Assembly: GCA_964016885.1 (NCBI GenBank)
Contig: OZ024743.1
Location: forward strand, 269,080,001-269,144,000
Direction of reading: 5' to 3'
Source: Eledone cirrhosa
Taxonomy: Eukaryota
Length of the DNA: 64,000 bases
Made by a program: the position numbers and the translations under genes. Below are positions 13,858 through 27,425 of the stretch, one piece after another. Below the pieces are notes generated by a model. That model ran no database searches and had not been told where the DNA came from. It saw only the letters and a list, made by a program, of their open reading frames with translations. The stretch's first letter is position 1, and every line of letters starts with the position of its first letter.

Positions 13858-13932
13858 CAGTGTCCCCCCAAAATGTATACACACTTATTAGAATGTTGTA
13901 GAAGTGTGTATGCATTTTTCTGGGACACCCTG
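13858..13932. mobile_element. Tiny Tc1/mariner-type MITE
   Basis: TIRs CAGTGTCCC...GGGACACCCTG followed by TA. Homologs at 28467-28565, 38757-38840 and 53458-53535. Confidence 0.7.
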
Positions 13933-13953
13933 TATGTATATATAATATGTATA

Positions 13954-14142
13954 TAATTGTTTCTACTTTAGGCACAAGGCCAGCAAAAACCCAGTGCATT
14001 ACTGGTACTTTATTTTATCGACCCCGTAAGGATGAAAGGCAAAGTTAACCTCGGCGGGATTTGAACTCAGACTGTAAAGGGACGTAACTATGCTAGAAAG
14101 CATAGAGCTAGACCCTCTACCGATACTGCCAATTTACCGCCC
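13954..14142 (-). mobile_element. Full-length tRNA-derived SINE with 16-bp TSD
   Basis: Reverse complement of 41765-41953. ATAATATGTATATAAT occurs at 13942-13957 and 14143-14158. Confidence 0.9.
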
Positions 14143-14587
14143 ATAATATGTATATAATGTGTGTGTGTTTGTGTCTGTATATATATATACACACACTCAC
14201 ACTCACACACACACAGACATATATATATATATATATAATAAAAAGTGGGAACGAAGAATCAATTTGTCATCTTGTACATATTTTAATCAACAGTGACGCG
14301 CGTTTCACCATCGATCAGCTCAAAGTACAATCTGTCACAGTCGGGCCTGATTCTGGAATCGATGATAGCTCGTTACCACCATTCTACCATGTTATTATCA
14401 CCACCACCATTACCGTCGCGATTGTCAATTGGGACAGGGTGGAAAACACGTCGTTGACTCCCCCCCCCCACACACACATACACGTGCGTGTGTGTGTTTT
14501 GTGTTTATATTAGTACTAGTATAGCTATTACTGATCCCCCCCCTCTCTCTCAGTATTTATATATATATAATTTCAATGAAAACAGAG

Positions 14588-14681
14588 GGGCGGATTCCAA
14601 TATATTTCTTTAACGTTTCACAATTACACAATACGTATTTCTATGGCCGGCTTACCTCAGATCATCCAACATCAGATGTTG

Positions 14682-14682
<1 letters not shown>
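14588..14682 (-). mobile_element. Degenerate hammerhead cassette, family B, ending in a CAACATC-A-GATGTTG hairpin
   Basis: Minus strand CTGATGT...GAAACGTT. Homologous to 6562-6678 and abuts (TA)n. Confidence 0.5.
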
Positions 14683-14745
<63 letters not shown>

Positions 14746-14748
<3 letters not shown>

Positions 14749-15289
14749 CTGATGAGGGACTCATTTTATTACATGTTATCCATGTGCTACCTGCAGTATT
14801 TTTCTCTATATTTTATTACATATATTTACCACTGCGATTCTGTGTTTTTTTCTCTCTCTCTTACTGTTCCCCCATTCTCTGTTTCTCCCCCTCTGTCATG
14901 TCAATTAACTCTTCCTCACACTTTCACTCACTCACTGTTTCTCTTCTCTTCATTTCATCCTGTACACCACGAGGGCTATTTTTCTCTCCTCACATAGCCA
15001 TCGCTCGTGTCGGGTCTGTTCTAAAAGCGCTCATATATTCACCTAGCTTATGCTAAACAGAATAATTTTTGAAGCTTGTTTCTTTCCCCTACGGTTAGCT
15101 ATACTCTTTGTTGTTCTCCTCTCTCACTCGCTTTACGCGTTTTAATTGTCCTAATAACTTATTTTGGTTATTATTGCACCGACGTGAGGTATATGATTTT
15201 TAACGCAATGAAATATCTATGATCGTCGGCAAATCACTGATGAGGGACTCATTTTATTACATGTTATCCATGTGCTACCTGCAGTATTT
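14746..15289 (+). mobile_element. Terminally redundant cassette (56-bp direct repeats, 488-bp period) with degenerate hammerhead
   Basis: tcactgatgagggactc...ctgcagtattt occurs at 14746 and 15234. CCGAC-gtgaggt...GAAAT...ATC^GTCGG lies at 15179-15229. Microsatellites flank both ends. Confidence 0.6.
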
Positions 15290-15290
15290 C

Positions 15291-15392
<102 letters not shown>

Positions 15393-16043
15393 TATATATA
15401 CATGCACATATATACATACATTCCTATATGTGTGTGTGCTATAGAAATGACTTCTACAAGAATTATTTCATTCGCATAAAAACATCATACAAATTATCTG
15501 TACACAATTGAACGATTTTTAGATCATAAACCCTGTCATTTGTGTGTATATACATACATGTATGTATGAATCAACAGTTTGATATATTTGTGCATTATCA
15601 ATGGCTTTGTCAGACATCTTACCAAACAACTGTGATGCGCAAAACACATTTTATAAATTTATATCTGAAACATGTACATACTGGGCCCGCCGCTGGAAAT
15701 TTAGCTCATTACAATATCTACTCTGCACTCTCACAACATGCATCGAGTGTTACATTGATTCGTAGTTTTCCCGGTCCTTGCACCCTGGACACTACGTATC
15801 TCTCTCTCTCTCTCTCTCTCTCTCAATATATATATATATATATATAAATGAAAAGTATGGAAATTATTGTGAGCATGAAGCCAACAGTATTTCATAATAC
15901 ATAAGTGACTATAACGTCAAAATGGAAAAATAGTTAACGTAAGATGTGGGAAAATAATTCAAACTCAATTCAAAAAGAATCAAGACAGATTTATCCACAG
16001 AATTTTGTGAAATCCAGGGAAAAATCAATAGAGCCTTAACTCA

Positions 16044-16420
16044 AAAAGGAATTCCAACTTTGTCTGATTTACTCGTTTTATTTACAATCCTTTAAAATGT
16101 ATAATGGTATTAGAATGAAATAGTATGGTAGAATATTAAATGTTAAGTGTTAATTGAACAAGTACTTTCATGCTTTCCCAATCTTCAGGTTCATAATGTG
16201 TGGTGACAGTCAAGTTTGTAATTTTCAACTGACAGTTGAAAATTACAAACTTGACTGTCACCACACATTATGAACCTGAAGATTGGGAAAGCATGAAAGT
16301 ACTTGTTCAATTAACACTTAACATTTAATATTCTACCATACTATTTCATTCTAATACCATTATACATTTTAAAGGATTGTAAATAAAACGAGTAAATCAG
16401 ACAAAGTTGGAATTCCTTTT
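16044..16420. repeat. 377-bp palindrome (188-bp arms, 1-nt loop at 16232)
   Basis: No mismatch was found between the arms by eye. The right end runs into (TA)n. Confidence 0.95.
16271..16309 (+). ncRNA. Minimal type I hammerhead ribozyme (mirror copy at 16155-16193, minus)
   Basis: TGAAC-CTGAAGA-ttgggaaagcat-GAA-AGTACT-T^GTTCA. Stem I is 5 bp, stem III is palindromic, and stem II is weak. Confidence 0.7.
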
Positions 16421-16421
16421 A

Positions 16422-16481
<60 letters not shown>

Positions 16482-16519
16482 TATTGAAGTTTCCGTTGAA
16501 AATTGAAAAAGTCATAGGA

Positions 16520-16655
16520 GTGAAGAGTGCTCTATGTAAGTACCAGAGCAAAATTTAATGTATAATAAACAATACAATATAATTACCTCATTACCAGAGG
16601 TTTCCCGAATAAGACGAATACGAAAAAAACGTCCTCATTCGTTCGTCGGACAAGG
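16520..16655 (-). ncRNA. Hammerhead cassette, family C
   Basis: Minus strand reads CCGACGA-A-CGAATGAGGACG(loop)CGTCTTATTCG-G-GAAACC-TCT-GGTA^ATGA. Homologous to 18955-19085. Confidence 0.6.
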
Positions 16656-16738
<83 letters not shown>

Positions 16739-16803
16739 TATATACATATATATATATACATATATATATATACATATATATATATACATATATATATATA
16801 TAC

Positions 16804-16898
<95 letters not shown>

Positions 16899-16902
16899 TA
16901 TA

Positions 16903-18336
<1,434 letters not shown>

Positions 18337-18357
18337 TATATACATATATATATATAC

Positions 18358-18420
<63 letters not shown>

Positions 18421-18421
18421 C

Positions 18422-18497
<76 letters not shown>

Positions 18498-18880
18498 CAG
18501 AAAACAGTGTCTTTCAATATGACCCTCCCCAAGTATAACATATATATATATACATATATATATGATTGTGGGCGTGTAAATCTGTTTTAATCCGCAGCGG
18601 CATAGTGACATAGGGCGTTTCTTGGGCATTCTTTAAGGAGTTCATCTCTCTCTTGGTCTGAAAACAGCCGATTTCTTTCGGAGAGAGGGAGAGAAAGAAA
18701 TATAGAGGAAGAATCGACCAAAGTAGTGAACTGATACTTTCTTTTGTCGTCAGGTGCATTTGAACTCAGTGCTCAGTGATACTACAAAACATTCTATCCG
18801 GCTTTCAAACGACTTTGCCAACTTGCCGTCTATGTGTACGTATAAACATATATTTCCCTAACGAATAAAATAGCCGTGGA

Positions 18881-18922
<42 letters not shown>

Positions 18923-18980
18923 TATGTATTTCCGAAGAAAAAGCAAAGGAAAAAAGAGTGCTCTATGTATAAAACAGAGC

Positions 18981-19153
18981 TATTTAATTAGAAAGTGAAC
19001 AACACAATATGTAACTACTCCATTACCAAAGGTTTCAGGACCATAGACAGTATTAACATACGTCTACTCTGTTCATCTGATGAACGAACTAGACGTATGT
19101 TAATACTGTCTAGGGGTCTGAAACCTTTGTGTTGTTCACTTTCTAATTAAATA
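18981..19153. mobile_element. Fold-back hammerhead cassette, family C, centred on TCATC-T-GATGA (19078)
   Basis: Arms tttaattagaaagtgaacaacaca / tgtgttgttcactttctaattaaa. CTGATGA..TAGAC/GTCTA..GAAACC on plus and GAAACC-TTT-GGTA on minus. Confidence 0.7.
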
Positions 19154-20176
19154 TATATATGTATATATATACACACATAATTTACGTCTGTTATTGTTGT
19201 GCTGACATGGGTTGGACAGGTCTTTATATACTTTATTCCTTGGAGTGTCTATGTCCTTTCTAATGTCCGCCACTTTATTAAGTGCAGTGGGCGCATTTGT
19301 TTGATCTTGGGAATAGCACTGGAGAGGTTGTTAAGTCCTTGATATTACGAGAGAGAGAAACCTCTCTACCCCGCCATGTTGTCGCCGTTTGAACGACAAC
19401 AACCACTGTACGGCCCTTTATTGTGGCACCCGCAATTGAGAAGTCGCTTTGTTGCAAGGTGTGTTCAAGTCTGAATACAGCAGAGGTGCGGCTGAGTAAA
19501 GCTACAACGCCAGCGTTATATCTGATGCATGGAAATGTATAATAAAAAACACTGAGTGAAGAACACGACAAAAACAATTGTATCAATATGACGTTGAATG
19601 AGTGAGTGAAGGACACAACTGTTTGACATTTCCAACTTATTTGTTTGTCACCAAAAAACAAAACAAAAAAAAAATATAATCTGCGAGACAAAGAGGAGAA
19701 AAAGAAAAATGAGTTCATCAACGTTTGTTGATGAGAAGCCCATTTTATTTTTTTTTTAGTGAGACGAAAGTGTGAAGGGGCAAAAAGTGGTGTGCAACGT
19801 AGGAGAGAGTTCATAAAGGGAGGTGATGCTGGTATATGACAGCTGTTATATGTGTGTGTGTGTATTGATCAATTGCGTCGGTTGAAGCAAGCAGAATTTT
19901 GGCTGCTTACTAAAACGTATAGACACAAAAAAAGATAACACACACATACACACAAACACACACACACAAAGACACGACAGCTTTAGGGCAAGCAGAATTT
20001 TGACTGCTTACTAAATTGTAGACGCATAAAAAGATAACACACACACACTAGATAACACTACATGCGGCTTTGACCGGGAGGGTCATTTAGAGGTAATGGG
20101 GGTGGGACTTCACAGTCCCACTTTCCGCCATGGCGATTGGACTGCATGCTCTGCTTTCCAGGTTCCCCTTCGCCAC

Positions 20177-20245
<69 letters not shown>

Positions 20246-20324
20246 CAGACAGAAGTATGTATTTGTTTGTATTAGAGTGTGTATGGTAGTCTTATGTGTG
20301 TTTCTTGAAGATTGTGTATAAATA

Positions 20325-20359
<35 letters not shown>

Positions 20360-20609
20360 TTGTTTGCTTATGTATCAGTAGTAGATATTGTACTGTGTGT
20401 GTTTATGTTAGTGTAGTGTGTGGATATTTGAAAAAAAAAAGTCTGTTTTTAAAATTGAAAAATTTTAAATAGAATTCTAAATGTGGCTACAAGTTTTGGC
20501 ATTCCTACTCTGGCCGTATGTAACTTCTCTCTCACTCTCACCCCGTAACATACCTTTGATGTTATGAGGGACATGTAAAAGGGGGAACACACACACACAT
20601 ATATATGTA

Positions 20610-20980
20610 CTCTCAGAGCACAAATAATAGGGGTGGTGGGTGGAATAAGTGAGCGGGTGGGTAGACATTTGCTTAAATTCTTATAAGCAGGGATGTTGGA
20701 ATAAACGGGGCTGCTGGGGAATAGGTAATTATATAGTGTACGTAAGTAAATATGGGATTTCTTGTAATGTTCTTTTTTTGTCCTATAAAATGTTTTTTTA
20801 AAATGTAAAATAAAATTATTAGATTCTCCAGCTGCTGTATCGGTATGAATCACTTACAATAACATTTTGCCGGGGATAGATGAGCAACATTTAATAAGCG
20901 GATGTGGATTGTGGTGGGGTGTGGAGGGGGTCTGACAAATTAATAAGTGGGGGCTGGGGCGATTATTTACGAACTGAGAG
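20610..20980. mobile_element. MITE with TA TSD
   Basis: TA|CTCTCAGAGCACAAATAAT ... ATTATTTACGAACTGAGAG|TA. Confidence 0.6.
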
Positions 20981-21091
20981 TATGTGTTTGTGTATGAAGG
21001 CGCCTCGCTAAGTGGTTAGAGAGTTAGATGCACAATCGTCAAGTTTGCGCTTGTATTTGCGAGGGGAACTTATTTGGTGCAAAAGCCATTG

Positions 21092-21222
21092 TCATTCGTG
21101 ATCGAAGCGGGGGTCTTTATCTTTTACCTTTTTACACCATTATATATATATATTTGTAATTATATATGTGTGTGTTTGTGTAAAAAGGTAAAGGATAAAG
21201 ACCCCGTTTCGGTCACAAATGA
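21092..21222. repeat. Convergent 45-bp inverted repeat around a TA/TG spacer, carrying a hammerhead 3' half
   Basis: The right arm on the minus strand reads GACC-GAAAC-GGG-GTC^TTTATCC. The left arm is its diverged mirror. Confidence 0.6.
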
Positions 21223-21229
21223 TTATAGG

Positions 21230-21297
<68 letters not shown>

Positions 21298-21686
21298 TCA
21301 AGTCTCAAACCTTGATGGCGACACGTTCAACCTTTGCCGGTGTAGAAAGCATACATAAAAATGATGATATAATCATAATTTTTCACAGCCATGTCTCCAT
21401 GCTGGCATGGATTGGACAACTGTTTTGGGCTTTTATTTTATTTTATTTTATTTTATTTCTTTTTTGCAATGACGAGGTGTTCTGTATACAAAGGTTGACA
21501 TTTAGTGAGGGCTTTGTGATTTTTCTGTGTGTGTTCCCTTTTCTAAATCTGTCCAATTACAAGCCAGGAAAATATAAACATTATGACACTTGTCAATTCT
21601 GTTGACATGTTCATCAAAACTTAGTTACAGATAACAATGACTTTTCCCCGTCTTACTGTACTTAGATAATGACATAAACAACAGTA

Positions 21687-21745
<59 letters not shown>

Positions 21746-21781
21746 ATATATATACACACAGAGGGAAACAATACAGTACAA

Positions 21782-21860
<79 letters not shown>

Positions 21861-21907
21861 CTACACACTCAGACGTGTCCTTATATGTGTGTGTGTATGT
21901 ATGTGTG

Positions 21908-21942
<35 letters not shown>

Positions 21943-21997
21943 TGTGTGTCTGTGGTTGACGACTGGAGGAAAAGTACTCAATACCGAAGTAGAAGTA

Positions 21998-22130
21998 TTC
22001 ATTTTATTAAGGCTGAATAGTGAGTGTTGTCACTCTGGAGTTCGCCTGTTTATCACAAGTTCATCTGATGAGCCTGATAAACAGGCGAAACTCCAAAGTA
22101 AGACTCACTATTTAGCCTTAATAAAATGAA
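21998..22130 (+). ncRNA. Fold-back cassette with hammerhead core, centred on TCATC-T-GATGA (22066)
   Basis: CTGATGA-GCCTG-ATAAA-CAGGC-GAAAC-TCCAAA-GTA at 22065-22100. Arms ttcattttattaaggct / agccttaataaaatgaa. Confidence 0.75.
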
Positions 22131-22158
22131 CACGCACACACACATATATATATATACA

Positions 22159-22262
<104 letters not shown>

Positions 22263-22451
22263 ATGGGTGGTTTCTCGATGGTTACCAGGAAGGGACCACT
22301 TTTAAAAAAGGTACTCAATATGTTACTGGAGTAAAAGCATTTTTATTTTATAGAGAAATGACTTCTACAGGACTAAAACTTTCAATCGCATGAAACCATT
22401 AGTCCCGAAAAAATTATTTCTAAATAAAATAAAGATCTCTCTTTCTCTCTC

Positions 22452-22506
<55 letters not shown>

Positions 22507-22570
22507 AGAAAGAGAAAATAAGAAAATGCGAAGTACTTTCAGATGTTCAAGTCCTTTCTTTATTGATAAG

Positions 22571-22645
22571 GCTGTGATACATATTTCGATTACGACAGTA
22601 GCCACGCGATTCCGTGTACCCAGTGCCATGATCTCATCAGACAGC
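22571..22645 (-). ncRNA. Type I hammerhead ribozyme, complete fold
   Basis: Minus strand reads GCTGT-CTGATGA-GATCATGGCA(loop)TGTCGTAATC-GAAAT-ATGT-ATC^ACAGC. Stem I is a perfect 5 bp and the cleavage triplet is AUC. Confidence 0.8.
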
Positions 22646-22819
22646 TTCTTACATACTAAGGTTACGTTCCCGAGGCAATCCAAATTGAAGCGACAAGGAA
22701 ACGAACAAAGATGATGCTCTTGAAGCCTTCGCCCGTCCCCCTGTGAGCCCCAACACACTTCCACAGCTTTGTATAGTATATACATATTATACAGCGATAT
22801 ATATATATTATATGTATCC

Positions 22820-22988
22820 GTAGAACGTCAGACACCTTGCTTTGCAGCATGGAATTATGGCCCTTTACCTTCTGGGTTCAAATCCGCCGAGGTTAATTTT
22901 GCCTTTCATCGTTACGAAGTCGATCAAATAAAGTACCAGTTATGCACTGGGTAATTGCTGGCGTTGTGCCAAAAGTAGAAACAATTAT
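22820..22988 (+). mobile_element. tRNA-derived SINE, diverged
   Basis: GGTTCAAATCCGCCGAGG...GTCGATCAAATAAAGTACCAG...AGAAACAATTA. Confidence 0.8.
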
Positions 22989-23234
22989 ATGTACATATAT
23001 GAAAGAGAGAGAGAGACTCTCTCTTACACACACACAGTCACGCTATCTCTCGTATGCAGATATACATAAGCAGGACAGTTCCGTCCCATCTTTAATCACC
23101 AATGATGTGTGTGTGTGTGTGTGTGTGTCCATGCTCTCTTCGTATAAGCTTCTCTTCCTCTCCTCACTGTTTGCCAGTTTTCGCTAACCTAGTTTTCTCT
23201 TTCAAAACATACATGCATATCTATGTATGTTTGA

Positions 23235-23297
<63 letters not shown>

Positions 23298-23339
23298 TGT
23301 ATGTACATTAACGTTATATATATAGTAGAGTAAAAATAA

Positions 23340-23462
23340 GTGTTTCTACTTTTGGCACAAGGCCATCAATACCTAGTGTATTACTGGTACTTTATTTTAT
23401 CGACCCCGTAAGGATGAAAGGCAAAGTTTACCTCGGCGGGATTTGAACTCAGAATGGCAAGA
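23340..23462 (-). mobile_element. tRNA-derived SINE, 5'-truncated
   Basis: Reverse complement of the SINE body and 3' end. Confidence 0.85.
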
Positions 23463-23544
23463 ATAGTAGAGTAAAAATAATATTGTATTTCCTTATATCT
23501 ACATGCTTTTTATTTACATCCGCTATCTCCTCTCTCCTTCCCCC

Positions 23545-23597
<53 letters not shown>

Positions 23598-23939
23598 TCT
23601 CTCTCTCTCTCTCACATGTATGATATATGTGTGTATGTTTGAGCGCTGATGTGTGTCGGAATTGTTAAGTTTATAAGAATATTTTGTGGGAAAGCAGGAA
23701 TTTCCCTCTTTGAATATCACTTCTCTCCTTCCTCCTCCTTTGTGGTTAACTTCTTTAAATTCTTTGCAATATCCCCTTCACCACTCTCTCTCTCTACCTC
23801 TCACTCTCTCTCTGTCTCTCTTCGTTTCCTCTTGAAAACTTTCAGTTGTACATAGTCACCACTTTTCAGACGGAAAGAAAAAAAAACACACACACATACA
23901 CTCACATACGCGTGCACACACATACACTCACATACGCGT

Positions 23940-23984
<45 letters not shown>

Positions 23985-24779
23985 TGTGCAGAAAGACGCG
24001 CGCACTTTAATTTTGTATTTTGTGTACTGAGGTTTACACTATTTTACGCCGTCCACCATTAAAAATACTTACCTCAAGTTTGTGAGGGTACAAGTGGTCG
24101 ATCTACCTGTTAGAAATAACAACCACATTCTTTCATCGTACGCTACCCACATCTCTCCACTCAGGACACATTAACCCTTTCGTTATGATACTTGTACGTG
24201 GTTCTGAAGATATTTGGCGGTCATGATTTAGCAGAACAATTCTAAAAAAAAACAGGTTTGTTAATTCAAATGTTTGTACTATCTTTACTTCAAGACAGAT
24301 CGTTGTGAATATATACTGTATTTAAAGACATCAATTATTATTGCGATGCAGTCATAGTTCTGAGTTTTTAAACAAATTCAACAATGTCTTGCTAATGTCG
24401 TTTCATGCGAATGTAGTGCTGTTTTGTACTTTTCAAGAAAATCTTGTTCATGAAGTACAGGACATTAAATTTAATTAATCTGTTCATAGTACATTCTTTA
24501 CTAGTGGACACATCGTTATGAAATGTTGCAATATTAGAGTAAAGACTTGATTATTTAACGTGAACTAGTCATAGTAATTTGTACTTGCTAATGTGGTACA
24601 AGACGTTAAGAATTCTCATTTGCTCAAATAAATGTAAGTTGTGGAATTATTGAAGATTAAACGTCGTCAGAGGCTTTTACATATATCTTACTTTACAAGG
24701 TTGCAGTAGAGAACGAAGCAATAGGGTCAGAAATAGCAGTCAAAACATTCCTGAAATCAAACCTTACTCTCTGAAGTGA

Positions 24780-25065
24780 ACGCGCGTATAGCTTAGTGGT
24801 GGTTAGAGTGTTCGGTTTACAACCGTAAGGTTGTGTGTTCGATTCTCGACGGAGCTTTGTGTTTCTCAGCAAAACATTTCATTTGCCGTTGTTTCAGTCA
24901 ACTCAACTGACAAAGATGGTTTGTACCTGTAATTCAAAAAAACAAACTTGTCATGGACTATATCCCGCCGAATCTCCCTAAGAACTACGTTAAGGGTACA
25001 CGTATATACGGAACACTCACTCATTTTAATTTCATGAGCAGGCAGAATAACTGGAACATGTGTCG
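24780..25065 (+). mobile_element. CORE-type tRNA SINE
   Basis: TAGCTTAGTGG / GTTCGATTC boxes; the body is the reverse complement of 39806-40115. Confidence 0.65.
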
Positions 25066-25340
25066 TCAGAACAGACGTAAGCATAACACAACTGTTTTAA
25101 GAAAGAAGATATGTTTCATTATGTAATCTTCAGCACACAATATTCAAAATAAAAAAAAATTGGATTGTCACGGCTGGAATGTCATTGGTCATAAGCCTTG
25201 TTGGTTAAGTATAACCCTAAGACTAAACGACCACAAAAATGGACCAACAGATCATCAAATAAATTTAGTCTCTCTTTTTTTTCTCTATTCCTGTTTATTA
25301 TTCAATTTGAGAAAATACCTTCATTATTGTATACTTCTAA

Positions 25341-25526
25341 GGGCGGTGAATTGGCAGTATCGGTAAAGAGTCAGACATGTTTTCCAGCGTAGTTACGTCC
25401 CTTTACGACCTGAGTTCAAATCCCGCCGAGGTTAACTTTGCCTTTCATCCTTACGGGGTCGATAAAATATAGTAGCAGTAATGTAGTGCGTGATTGCTGG
25501 CCTTGTGCCAAAAGTAGAAACAATTA
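25341..25526 (+). mobile_element. Full-length tRNA-derived SINE with 16-bp TSD
   Basis: ATTATTGTATACTTCT occurs at 25323-25338 and 25523-25538. Confidence 0.9.
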
Positions 25527-26379
25527 TTGTATACTTCTGTTTGTTAATATAATGATTAATCAGCATTTCACAATAGACACTAAGTTTAAGTGTACTACTA
25601 CTACTACTACTACTGCTGCTGATGCTACTGCCTACTTAACATCTGTTTAAAATGTGTAGATATCTAGATCAGGTCATTACGGTTAGGTATCGAACCGTGG
25701 TCAGAGCGACAGTCTTGTTTGATGGTTGGAAGAGAAAGGATGCATCTGTGGTTCTTGAAAGTCAGCGACACAGCCCTTCCACCTCATCACATCATTAAAA
25801 AACAACAAAGAACTTCCATGCAGTCGCTTAACTCTACTAGAGTGAGCAGAAAAACATACCCCTTCGTGGCAGGGGAGCTATCCTAAAACTGCTTCCAGTT
25901 TGTGGATAGAGTGGTCATCATTAAAGGTACCCAAGGGCCAGGTAGCGGTGATAGTGGTGATGAATTAAGTCTACCACCCAAGTAAGGGATTCGAACTTAG
26001 AACACAAAGTGCTGCAACAAATACCAGAAGGTCTTTTTTATCGGACGTTCTAACAATTCCGCCGCTCTGGGTTGGTACTTTATTTTATGGCCCCCAAAAG
26101 ATGAAAGATAAAGTTTAACTGGGCGGGATTTGAAGAGAGAACCGAAAACAAAATATCGCAAGTGCCAATTAGTCCGCTGGTGCTAAACTACTACAAGTGC
26201 CAAAGATGACAGTCTCCATCCGTGGTGGACTGGCCACACGGTATTTGGTCAGTCGCTGGTTTTGGGTAAAAAGCTAAAAAAAACAAAAACATGGAAAACG
26301 GACGTCATTGCAGCTGCAAAGGTTGAAACAAGAATGCAAGAGTTGTAAAACAAAAATGTCAGAGTTGTAAAACTTCACC

Positions 26380-27245
26380 TCTGGCACTCACCAGTTTAGT
26401 GAGGATCACCTTAGCTGAATAGTGAAAACACGAATTTGGCCTCCACCAGTTTGTGTCTCCTTAGTTGAACCGTGATGACAGGTCTCAGACCCTCAGTGTG
26501 TGTTACTTAGTGTCACCTTAGCTGAACTGTGATGACAGGTCTCAGACCCTCAGTGTGTGTTACTTAGTGTCGTCTAAGCTGGGCAGTCGAAAAACGTCAC
26601 CGGACCTCTACAGACAGCAGTCTGTTTTTTAGTCAGTATCGCCTTAGCTTATTAGTGAAAACATACCTCTGGCTCCCAGACGTCTGTGGGGTTAGTGTCC
26701 ACTTAGCTGAGTAGTGAAAACATACCTCTGCTCCTCAAAAGTGATGTTGGTTAGTGTCGCTTTAGTTGAACAGTGAAAACACCTCTGGCTCGCAGTGGTC
26801 TGTTTGTCAGTATCCATTTAGCAGAGCAGTGAAAACACGCCCCTGGCCCTCAGAAGTCGGCTTAGCTGTCCGAGACTCTGTTAGTGTCACCTTAACTGAC
26901 AGTGAGTCTGTTACTGTTGAGCTGGCCCTCAACATTCTGTTTGTGTCGCTTTAGTTGGTCTTCAACAGTCTCACAGTGTCGCCATAGCTGGCTATCAACA
27001 GTATGTTAGTATCGCTTTAACTGGTCCTCAACAGCTTCTTAGTGTCTCCTTAGCTGGTCCTCAACAGTCTTTTAGTGTCGCCTTAGTTGGTCCTCAACAG
27101 TCTCTTAGCTGGTCCTAAACAGCTGGCTCTTAGTAGACAGTCAGTGTCGCCTCGGGTGGCCCTCAACAGTATGTTAGTGTCGCCTCGGGTGGCCCTCAAC
27201 TGTATGTTAGTGTCGCCTCAGCTGGCCGTCAACAGTCTCACAGTG
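26380..27245 (+). repeat. Degenerate minisatellite (about 35-60 bp units)
   Basis: Recurrent TTAGTGTCGCCTTAGCTG core, followed by either AGTGAAAAC or GCCCTCAACAG. Confidence 0.8.
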
Positions 27246-27385
27246 AAAGACCCAGTTTCTAGTCGATCTATTGACCTTTATTATAGCTAACTACTATTTC
27301 GTACTTCTCATATTCACGACTTTTTTGGCTAAGCACTATTTGAGCGCCAAAACAACTGACAAGGGTAAAGAAACAAACATCCCTT

Positions 27386-27425
<40 letters not shown>

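Noticed and set aside
14749-14755. CTGATGA inside the direct repeat (also 15237)
   Set aside because: It is not followed by stem II and GAAA, so it was not counted as a ribozyme core.
18306-18629. N-terminal 108 aa of the 419-aa ORF
   Set aside because: This is read-through across (TA)n and flanking DNA. RTE homology starts at about 18305.
19278-19814. 178-aa minus-strand ORF in non-repetitive sequence
   Set aside because: It has no recognisable domain, contains homopolymer-derived F/K runs, and has no splice support.
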